A stretch of DNA of 64,000 nt from an uncultured Lachnospiraceae bacterium (lineage in GTDB: Bacteria; Bacillota; Clostridia; Lachnospirales; Lachnospiraceae): assembly GCA_934371475.1 (NCBI GenBank), contig CAKRNX010000001.1, positions 17,214-81,213 of the forward strand. The letters are read 5' to 3'. A program made the translations under genes and the position numbers. Positions 36,610 through 44,262 of this stretch are shown here, piece after piece. The notes below the pieces were generated by a model. The model saw nothing but the letters and a program-made list of their open reading frames with translations. It made no database searches and was not told the origin of the DNA. Every line of letters starts with the position of its first letter. Positions within the stretch are counted from its first letter, which is position 1.

Positions 36610-37227
36610 CTATTCGAGCAGAGTCTTCCAGTTCTCCTGGCGGTATGCCTCAAAACACATCCTGATCTGCTCTTCATTATTTTTCTCTTCCGCCAGATCC
36701 GGCAGCTGATCCAGTGCAAAATAACCGGTTTCCGTCGTCTCACTGTTTTTGTGAAATTCTCCTCCCCGCACAGTACATTCTACAAAAATTTTGCAGATAC
36801 CATAACCGTAGGGCGGCTGATTATGCCTTTCCCGATCCTGCACGGCAATCACTTTTTTCGGCTCTGCCTCCAGTCCTGCTTCTTCCAGCACTTCCTTTAC
36901 AGTATTATCTCCCACGGACTGATTGACGTCGCACCAGCCGCCCGGCAGAGACCATCTTCCGTCACGCTCACGCACCAGCAAAATTTTATCACCCTGAAAA
37001 ATCGCTGCTCTTGTGTCAATCTTCGGCGTCTGATATCCGGTCTCATTGCAGAAAATCTGTCTGATCTTTTCCACCGGCAGATCAGACAGCTGCGCCATCA
37101 TCTGTGCGGAAATTTCCCGTACTCTCTGATAACGCTCAAGATCAAATACATCTTTTCCGTAAGTAAGCCCTGCCTGCGCAAGACTCTGCAGTTCCACCAC
37201 CCAGTTCAACCAGTCCTGTTTTTCCAT
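36610..37227 (-). CDS. NUDIX hydrolase with NUDIX N-terminal helical domain
   Basis: Trimmed to the ATG at 37227 (AGGAGGAA RBS). Nudix box GGWCDVNQSVGDNTVKEVLEEAGL. Confidence 0.85.
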   Translation of the reverse strand: MEKQDWLNWVVELQSLAQAGLTYGKDVFDLERYQRVREISAQMMAQLSDLPVEKIRQIFCNETGYQTPKIDTRAAIFQGDKILLVRERDGRWSLPGGWCDVNQSVGDNTVKEVLEEAGLEAEPKKVIAVQDRERHNQPPYGYGICKIFVECTVRGGEFHKNSETTETGYFALDQLPDLAEEKNNEEQIRMCFEAYRQENWKTLLE

Positions 37228-37333
37228 CTGTCGTTCCTCCTGTATCATTCCTGCATTTGATTTACAGTTTATCACAGCAAAAAAAGACTGCCCAGAAAAT
37301 TTTTCTTTCACAGGATGCAATTTCCTCTTAGCA

Positions 37334-37374
37334 TAAAAAACGGCGAGGCGGACATGTTTCATCCGTTTCGCCGT
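37334..37374 (-). terminator. Intrinsic terminator
   Basis: On the minus strand: stem ACGGCGAAACGGA..TCCGCCTCGCCGT followed by TTTTTT. Confidence 0.7.
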
Positions 37375-37525
37375 TTCTATTATTTATAACTGTTTTCTTC
37401 TCTGACCGTTTTCTGTAAAATGAAATTTATTCGTTTCGAGTTTTTCTCTGCACCGCCGAACCGGCCAGATAAGTTCAGACTTTCTGCACCGCAGATTCTG
37501 AAGTTTTGAAACGTATCAGGAAAAA

Positions 37526-38488
37526 TCAGAAACCGAGATTTTTCTCTGCCAGTGCCAGGTTCATGACATCTTTTTCTGATCCCGGTCTTCTGTTGATCAG
37601 CTCGGAGGTGCCATCGTGCCACCACATGAAATCGCTGTCATTTTCTGCGGATCCTACTGCCCATTCTGCCAGACCTTCACCGTTCGGGTCGCCGGTCTTA
37701 ACGAAATTGGAGATGTAGTCTGTCATCTGATCAGCCAGCTCATAGTCAGACTCACGCCATTTTCTCTGTCCTTCCACATCTCTCATGGAATTGAAGGTAT
37801 ACCACAGCTCTGTAGAATGGAAGCAGCCGTAAAATTCATCGTTGGCAGCGCCCTCATGTGCCGGGATATCCTGATCAAAGAAATAGGTGTATACGTTCAT
37901 ATCTTCATTGTTGTCATTCAGGTACTTGGCAATTTCGCGGAAAGCACCAAGCCATCTGTCACTGGAAGCATGAAGATTCATCACGTACGCTTCATGCTTA
38001 TCCTGCGGATCGTATACCAGTGCATAATCATCACCATAATTTTCTTTCATCGCTTCTGCGAACTCATCCAGAGAGATAGTTCCCTCCGGATCAGCACCGA
38101 AAGATCCCATCTCGTTGGAAGTACAGCCAACCATCAGGTTGATGCCGTCCAGAGCGCCCGGACGGGTCAGGTCTACAGACTCTTCCGTGAATACATAGCC
38201 ATCCAACACATAAGCAAAGCTTCCATTTGCAGAAGTAATGGTGTTGAACAGCATCTCATCCGGATTGCTCTCGGATGCGGTTGTCATATAGTATTCCGCA
38301 TCATGGGAACGCAGCTCTTTCACTACCTCTTCAGAGCTCATATCTTCCGGCAGTCCCATAGCTTCTTTGACTGTTTCCTCCACATTCTCCTGTATCTCTT
38401 CCATATCTTTGTATACCTGGGCATCTTTTGCCGGCACGAAGCTGGGCTGACTCTGCACGATCGCATTCTGGAACAGACCTTTTGCCAT
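37526..38488 (-). pseudogene. Carboxylesterase type B, C-terminal fragment (catalytic Ser region missing)
   Basis: Begins at AKGLFQNAIVQSQ, which follows the GESAG nucleophile motif in intact family members. About 200 N-terminal residues are missing. The apparent ATG at 38488 is created by the junction with the kinase fragment. Confidence 0.7.
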
Positions 38489-38852
38489 TATTTTCCACTT
38501 CCGTCAGGATTTCTCCGTTTTCCTGCCTGATGCGTATCCTGATAATCCCCGGTATCAGCTTCCCATGCTCATCTTTATTCAGCAAAATTCCATGGATAAT
38601 CGCATTCTCCACAAACGGCTGAAGCACATTTTTCGGATACCTCAGCTGCATACATTCTTCAGGGATATCAAACTGATAATCAATCGGATTTCGGCACAGG
38701 TAGCTCTGAATTGTCATATAAGCATTAATCTGTTTTTCCTCTTCTTCGAGCGTATCAAAAATCTGCAGGCGAGTAATCCTTAGACGGTCCTGAAGCATCC
38801 TGATCAGCGCCTTGTTCAGCACAATAATATCATCCGGCTCTTTCTCGGAAAC
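38481..38852 (-). pseudogene. Sensor histidine kinase fragment (YesM/LytS-type HATPase region)
   Basis: INAYMTIQSYLCRNPIDYQFDIPEECMQLRYPKNVLQPFVENAIIHGI...EVENNGK corresponds to the N-box through the start of the G1 box. There is no sensor domain, no H-box and no G2 box. AT-rich, unlike the adjacent recombinase fragment. Confidence 0.65.
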
Positions 38853-39515
38853 TTTTTTGCGATAGTCCCGCATATACCGCATGGACGATCCACAGTCCAT
38901 ACACCGCAGTAGACCGCCAAACAGGGCAATCGTGCCGCTCTTACCGCTGCGCCCTCTGGCGGGATGGTTGTCCATCCGCTGCACAGCGTCCCCTGTTTCC
39001 TGTGAGATCAGCGGCTCGTGGGTGTTCTCAACTTTAATCCATTCGGATTCCGGTTTGCTGACCTGCTTGTGGTTTTTGTAGGACACCGTGCCGGTCTTGT
39101 TCTGCACCATGTGACCGATATAAACCTCATTGCGGAGAATGGTCTTGACGGTCACATCGTTCCAGAACGGTGTTTCGCCCCGCAGATTTTCCCGCCCCTC
39201 TGCCATGTAGTAAAAGCTCCTTGGCGCAGGGACTTTTTCCGCGTTAAGCTGTAAGGCAATCTTGCGAAAGCCGTAGCCCTGCAAGCGAAGGTCAAAGATG
39301 TGCCGCACCACAGGAGCGGTTATAGAGTCGATCTCAAGAACGTGCTTGTTCACTTCGCTTTTCCTGTAACCAAGGGGCGCATAGCAGCCGACATATTTAC
39401 CACTCTTGAAGGTGGACAGTTTCACCGCCTTGATCTTGCTGCTGGTGTCCCGCGCATAGAGGTCATTCATCACAGATTTCCTGCCAAAAGTAGTGTTTGG
39501 CAGATTGGCGGTCAA
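38853..39515 (-). pseudogene. Large serine recombinase fragment (recombinase domain plus zinc ribbon; catalytic resolvase domain missing)
   Basis: YAPLGYRK, VVRHIFDLRLQGYGFRKIALQLN, WNDVTVKTILRNEVYIGH and LLRCMDCGSSM match the central recombinase/zinc-beta-ribbon domains. The N-terminal Ser-nucleophile domain and the C-terminal coiled coil are absent. Fused in frame to the kinase fragment in track ORF 38331..39515. Confidence 0.7.
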
Positions 39516-39538
39516 CTTTCTTCATAATGCCTCATTCC

Positions 39539-40312
39539 TCAAATAAAAATTTCCGCCTCGGCAAATAATGCTGCTTTCCCGCGAAGCACGGTACGCTCTC
39601 CGGCATAGCCGCAATACAGCACACCGCCGCGGGCAGACGCCTGATACGCTGTAAACTCCGTTTTTCCTGTCTTACCCGCCCAGTAAGGAATGACATGGCA
39701 ATGTCCGCGCCCGCAGACTGGATCTTCTGCTACATTGCATTTCGGCGCAAAGCTGCGGGTCACGCAATCATACTTGCTGCCCTGTGCGGTAATGTGGATG
39801 CACACGCCATCCATCTGCCGGATCAATTCTTGGTTTGGATGAGCGCTTCGTACCTGCCCCTCATTTTCCAGAACACAGACCATATCCGCACCATAGTAAG
39901 CCTCAACAGGTTTGACACCCAGCGCCTCTATCATTTGTTCCGTTACCGGAACAGGCTTTAACTGAAAGGACGGAAAATCCATCTTCAGCAGATCATCCTG
40001 CTTTTCTACCGTCAGGCGTCCACTCAGCGTGTCAAATGCCACGGTTTGAAGGCTCGGTTCGACAAAGCGCGTAATGACGTAAGCTGTCGCCAGCGTTGCA
40101 TGACCGCACAGCTCCACCTCACCGCCGGGCGTAAACCAGCGCAGGTGATATGCATTGCCCTCTTTGACGGCAAAGGCCGTTTCCGAGAGGTTATTCTCGA
40201 TGGCGATATTCTGCATGGTGAGATCATCCGGCCAGTTATCCATCACACAGACAGCGGCCGGATTACCCGCAAAGACCTTATCGGGAAACGCATCAACTAC
40301 ATATTGTTTCAT
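39539..40312 (-). CDS. PhzF-family isomerase-like protein
   Basis: 257 aa. MKQYVVDAFPDKVFAGNPAAVCV and the later FTPGGEVELCGHAT are typical PhzF family motifs. Confidence 0.85.
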   Translation of the reverse strand: MKQYVVDAFPDKVFAGNPAAVCVMDNWPDDLTMQNIAIENNLSETAFAVKEGNAYHLRWFTPGGEVELCGHATLATAYVITRFVEPSLQTVAFDTLSGRLTVEKQDDLLKMDFPSFQLKPVPVTEQMIEALGVKPVEAYYGADMVCVLENEGQVRSAHPNQELIRQMDGVCIHITAQGSKYDCVTRSFAPKCNVAEDPVCGRGHCHVIPYWAGKTGKTEFTAYQASARGGVLYCGYAGERTVLRGKAALFAEAEIFI

Positions 40313-40328
40313 TCAAAAACACTCCTTT

Positions 40329-40717
40329 TTACGCGCCAAGATAGGCGATGATCTCGACTTCACACAGGATACCCAAGAGAAGCTCCCTGACCGCTACACA
40401 GGTGCGGGTCGGCTTGGATGCGAGGAATTTTTCGTAAACGCTGTTAAAAGCGGCAAAGTCCTTCATATCCGCCAGATAGCAGTTGAGTTGACCTTTACCA
40501 CGCGGGAAAAGTCCGTTCCGGCCTGCGCCAGAATAGCTTGCAGTTTCTTCATAGTCTGCTCCGCCTGTGCTTCAATGCCGCCGTTTACGACTTTGCCGCT
40601 CTCCGGCAGTAGACCGCCCTGACCGGAGGTGAAGAGAAATTCGCCTGCGGTATACGCCTGCGAATAGGGTCCGATGGCAGCGGGCGCGTGCTCGGTATGG
40701 ATACTTTTGATGCTCAT
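40329..40717 (-). pseudogene. ridA: RidA/YjgF-family deaminase gene disrupted by a 5-bp tandem duplication
   Basis: N-terminal 76 aa (MSIKSIHTEHAPAAIGPYSQA...VVKVN), then GTTGAGTTGA at 40482-40491 (TCAACTCAAC on the coding strand). Removing one 5-bp unit restores CYLADMKDFAAFNSVYEKF...EVEIIAYLGA through the stop at 40329, giving 127 codons plus stop. Confidence 0.75.
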
Positions 40718-40730
40718 ACAAGCCGCCTCC

Positions 40731-40916
40731 TTACAAGACTGTGCACCACAGGCACAGAGCCGCCACGATCCACACGGGCATCAGCATGGCAAATACGGCC
40801 ACGATGGGGTTGATGAAGCCGGTGAACAGGCACGTCAGTACGAGGGCGAGAATGAGCAGATCTGCGATAGCGGCGATCCACAGCCTTTTGGAGGTCTTGT
40901 TGTTTGTGTTTGTCAT
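40731..40916 (-). CDS. Small two-TM membrane protein (61 aa)
   Basis: AAAGGAG RBS upstream of the ATG at 40916. Two hydrophobic helices. Sits between azlD and ridA in the same operon. Confidence 0.6.
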   Translation of the reverse strand: MTNTNNKTSKRLWIAAIADLLILALVLTCLFTGFINPIVAVFAMLMPVWIVAALCLWCTVL

Positions 40917-40955
40917 GGAAAACAGCTCCTTTCGTCATTCATTGCTTTTATTGGT

Positions 40956-41270
40956 TCAGATCGTCAGGTACAGCACGCAGTTGAGGCCAACAGCGGCCAG
41001 TACGCAGACGATCAGGGGACACTTTTTCAGTGCCAGCACCGCCGCGGCGGCAGCACCGGCAATACCGAACAGGGGGTGCGCGGCATCCACGGAGAACACG
41101 CCGGGGAAAATCAGAGCGGACAGTGCCGTATAGGGCAGCAGGGACAAGAAACGCTTCATCCGGCCGCTCAACGCCAGCTTGTCCATCAGAAAGGCGGGCA
41201 GGGCACGAGGAATGTATGTCACCACCGCCATGCCGAGAATCAGCAGGTACGCGTCAGTTCTGCTCATCAT
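40956..41270 (-). CDS. azlD: AzlD-family branched-chain amino acid transport protein
   Basis: Trimmed to the ATG at 41270 (MMSRTDAYLLILGMAVVTYIPRALPF). Overlaps the azlC 3' end by 17 nt, a typical azlCD arrangement. Confidence 0.8.
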   Translation of the reverse strand: MMSRTDAYLLILGMAVVTYIPRALPAFLMDKLALSGRMKRFLSLLPYTALSALIFPGVFSVDAAHPLFGIAGAAAAAVLALKKCPLIVCVLAAVGLNCVLYLTI

Positions 41271-41937
41271 CCTGCACCCCCACAAAGAACGTTCCGATAG
41301 AGGCACTGGCCACCATGGACAGAATCACCGCCCAACTGACGGGCAGGAACAGCTGCAAGACCGTGTTCATCCCGGCGGCCAGAAGCACCAGCAGGGCAAC
41401 GCAGCGGGACTTCTGGGCGCTGGGCAGCAGCAGAGCCAGAAACGAGGCATAGAACGCCACACCGAAACTCTTGGCTACCACCTCCGGCAGGAATTGTCCA
41501 ATCACAACACCAAGCACGGATGCCAGTACCCATGTGCCATATAGTGCGGTATTGGCACCCAGCAGATAGAAGGAGCTGCGGCTATTAGACAGAGCGAACA
41601 GCGCAAAGGACTCATCACAAAGGGAAAAGGCACTAAGTAGCTTCATCCCTAACGGTGTTGGCTCCATGCGACTCATGACAGCGCTGCTCATCACCAGATG
41701 CCGCAGGTTCACGAAGAACACTGCTGTGACCATGGCCAGCACTGTGGCCTTGCCAATCATGCCCACCACCATCAGCTGGGAGGAACCGGCCATCACCAGT
41801 ACAGACATTAAGACGGTTTCAAACTGTGTTAATCCTGCCTGCATTGCCAGCAGGCCGTATGAAATACCAATAGGAATTAGCCCCAAACAAATAGGGATGG
41901 CGCTTTTTGCCCCATCAAAAAACAGCTTTGGTTTCAT
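41254..41937 (-). CDS. azlC: AzlC-family branched-chain amino acid exporter permease
   Basis: 227 aa, polytopic. N-terminal FFDGAKSAIPICLGLIPIGISYGLLA is typical of AzlC. Confidence 0.85.
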   Translation of the reverse strand: MKPKLFFDGAKSAIPICLGLIPIGISYGLLAMQAGLTQFETVLMSVLVMAGSSQLMVVGMIGKATVLAMVTAVFFVNLRHLVMSSAVMSRMEPTPLGMKLLSAFSLCDESFALFALSNSRSSFYLLGANTALYGTWVLASVLGVVIGQFLPEVVAKSFGVAFYASFLALLLPSAQKSRCVALLVLLAAGMNTVLQLFLPVSWAVILSMVASASIGTFFVGVQDDEQN

Positions 41938-41969
41938 AATCTGTTGCCTCTTGTATCTTTTTGGATTTC

Positions 41970-41986
41970 ATTATATACTAAATAAT
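41970..41986. promoter_or_regulatory. Candidate LysR-type T-N11-A box
   Basis: ATTATATACTAAATAAT (ATTAT-N7-ATAAT dyad) in the azlC/lysR divergent intergenic region. Confidence 0.35.
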
Positions 41987-42041
41987 CGAATAAGAAAAAT
42001 TGATGTTTTTTATCTGAATATGCAGAAAGGTTATTTGAAAA

Positions 42042-42914
42042 ATGGAAAGGTACATCGCGCTTCTGAAAGTCATAGAGATCGGCAGCTTTACAAAAGCGGC
42101 AGAGCTGCTGGGCTACACGCAGCCTGCCCTTAGTCAGATGGTTGCGTCATTAGAAAAGGAGTTATCCATCAAGATTTTGTACCGCTCTCGTTATGGAATA
42201 CGCTTGACGCCAGAGGGCGAACGGCTGTATCCATCCATTCAAAACTCTGTGCTGCAATATGAAGCCATGCGCCGCACAGCGGACGAAATTCGAGGACTGG
42301 ACTCTGGCGTTGTGCGAATTGGGACGGTTTCCAGTGTGTCCTGCCACTGGCTGCCGGGGATCATTCGTGCGTTCTGGCAGGAACACTCGAATATTCAAAT
42401 CGTACTGCATCAGGGCGATTACACCAGTATCCCGGAATGGGTGCGAACCGGGGCAGTAGACTTTGGTTTCGTTAATCCTCATGCAGTGAAAGGCATGGAA
42501 GCAACCATTATCAAGTCTGGTGAGTTTCGGGCGGTGCTGCCCAAAAATCATCCGCTGGCTGAGGAAAAATCACTGGCACTTGAGGACCTGGCAGAGGAAC
42601 CGTTTTTATTACTGGAAGAAGGCGCATATAGTGAGCCTTTGGAGGCGTTCCGCGCGGCGGGCATCGCCCCGAAGGTGAAACTGCGCGTCCATGATGATTA
42701 TTCCATCTTGTCTATGGTGGAACAGGGGTTAGGTATTTCTATTTTGACTGAACTTGTACTGCACAAGACGAGTTATGATGTAGTGGCGCTGCCTATCGAG
42801 CCGGCGATCATCCGAACCATGAGTATCGTCACAAAGGATAAAAACACGCTGCCGCTGGCAAGCAAAGAGTTTATTCGATGCCTAATGAAACACCGAGAAA
42901 CACTTATAGGCTGA
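42042..42914 (+). CDS. LysR family transcriptional regulator
   Basis: N-terminal wHTH (MERYIALLKVIEIGSFTKAAELLGYTQPALSQMVASLE) plus a LysR substrate-binding domain. Divergent from azlCD. Confidence 0.9.
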   Translation: MERYIALLKVIEIGSFTKAAELLGYTQPALSQMVASLEKELSIKILYRSRYGIRLTPEGERLYPSIQNSVLQYEAMRRTADEIRGLDSGVVRIGTVSSVSCHWLPGIIRAFWQEHSNIQIVLHQGDYTSIPEWVRTGAVDFGFVNPHAVKGMEATIIKSGEFRAVLPKNHPLAEEKSLALEDLAEEPFLLLEEGAYSEPLEAFRAAGIAPKVKLRVHDDYSILSMVEQGLGISILTELVLHKTSYDVVALPIEPAIIRTMSIVTKDKNTLPLASKEFIRCLMKHRETLIG

Positions 42915-43478
42915 TTTTTTAAGTGTACAAAAAGGCATTTATTCAGTATATCTGCTGAACAAGTGTGAAGCATGAAATCATACGACTACACCTTTTTGCG
43001 CCGCTCACAGGCGAAATAATCCTTGATTTTCGACCCTAAATTGCACATAAATCCATCCTATCAGTCGGGGATCGGAGTAGACATTCTCTGCTTCCGGCCA
43101 TCAAGATTGATAGGTTGATATTTTATCAGGATAGTATTTATTTGCGTTGGTTTTTATCAAGATGGTCGGATTGGCCTCAGAAAAGGTTTGAAATCATGCT
43201 TCAAAATCAACACTTGTCAGATTCGTGAAATATCTGCCATCTGTGCGTATGAATTACACCATTCCGCGATTCACGGTATCGTGCAGCCAGTGCACGGCTT
43301 TGCGTGATCTTTTGCGGTTTGATTAGTTATCGTCCGATTCCGTGAAACACGAAGATGCGTCCTGCGTACAGGGCATCGAATGCGGCGCTCAAAATCGCCA
43401 GAAATGGGTAAAGATTCGCACCGCTGTTTTTCTTGTCATGCTTTATGCAAGGTTGTCATTCTTATGTTATACTAAAGA

Positions 43479-43580
43479 AAAGTGTGCTTGAAAAAAATTT
43501 TTGTAAGCAGCGAGTTCCAGTTTGAGTGAAATTCCGCCCGAATAAAGGCAAATTCAAGAATGCTCCGGGAATTGCAGATT
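43479..43580. repeat. Truncated family-1 repeat abutting a family-2 core
   Basis: AAAGTGTGCTTGAAAAAAATTTTTGTAAGCAGCGAGTTCCAGTTTGAGTGAAATTCCGCCCGAATAAAGGCAAA, then TTCAAGAATGCTCCGGGAATTG. The right half of family 1 is missing. Confidence 0.65.
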
Positions 43581-43615
43581 TACAGAAATGATTTTTCAAG
43601 AAAGGATGTGCTGCT

Positions 43616-44155
43616 ATGTCATTACCAAAACATGAAAGTTACACCCTAGAGGATATTTATACTTTACCAGAAGGAACCAGGGCTGAGCTGATTGACGGCC
43701 AGATCTATTACATGGCACCGCCCAGTCGCCGCCATCAGCAGATTGCCGGAAAGCTCTTTGCTGCTATCTTCAACTACATTGACAGCAAGGGCGGATCCTG
43801 TGAACCGTACATTGCTCCATTTGCAGTCTTTCTAAGCGAGGACGACCGGAATTATATAGCGCCGGATATCAGTGTTATTTGCGACACCAATAAGCTCACA
43901 GACAGAGGATGCAATGGTACCCCGGACTGGATCATTGAAATCGTTTCGCCCGACAGCAGGCGCATGGATTATTTCACAAAACTGTTCAAATACCGGACCG
44001 CAGGCGTTCGCGAATACTGGATTGCAGATCCAGTCAAAAACTTAATTCTGGTTTATAATTTTGACACCAGCGATTCGAAGCAGTACACTTTTGCAGATAC
44101 AATTAAGGCAGGGATTTATGATGATCTCTCTATTGATTTCAATAAAATCAAGTAA
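43616..44155 (+). CDS. Uma2 (DUF820) family putative endonuclease
   Basis: ELIDGQIYYMAPPSRRHQQIAGKLF, PDISVICD, PDWIIEIVSPDS and GVREYWIADP match the Uma2 PD-(D/E)xK pattern. Confidence 0.8.
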   Translation: MSLPKHESYTLEDIYTLPEGTRAELIDGQIYYMAPPSRRHQQIAGKLFAAIFNYIDSKGGSCEPYIAPFAVFLSEDDRNYIAPDISVICDTNKLTDRGCNGTPDWIIEIVSPDSRRMDYFTKLFKYRTAGVREYWIADPVKNLILVYNFDTSDSKQYTFADTIKAGIYDDLSIDFNKIK

Positions 44156-44189
44156 AAACCGCCGCCCCGATTTTTCAGTCGGGACGGCG
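44154..44189 (-). terminator. Intrinsic terminator shared by convergent xylB-like and Uma2 genes
   Basis: Stem CGCCGTCCCGA..TCGGGGCGGCG, followed by TTTTT on the minus strand. Confidence 0.6.
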
Positions 44190-44262
44190 AATAGCAATGC
44201 TCCGTTTGGGCGCATTTTTCCTCATTAATCTGATAGCGATACTGCTGTGAGACAGTTTTTTC

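Noticed and set aside
38331-39515. 394-aa ORF as a single intact gene.
   Set aside because: It concatenates a partial serine recombinase, a partial histidine kinase and an out-of-frame esterase segment. No catalytic domain of any of the three is complete. It is reported as pseudogene fragments instead.
40463-40717. 84-aa ORF as an independent small gene.
   Set aside because: It is the N-terminal two-thirds of RidA, terminated prematurely by the 5-bp duplication. The remaining RidA sequence continues in another frame to 40329.
40674-41544. Several plus-strand ORFs (40674..41300, 40741..41133, 41030..41452, 41179..41544) across the azlCD region.
   Set aside because: They are antisense to genes with clear AzlC/AzlD membrane-protein patterns in a GC-rich block where spurious ORFs are expected. 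Their translations are Arg/Gly/His/Gln-rich low-complexity sequence.
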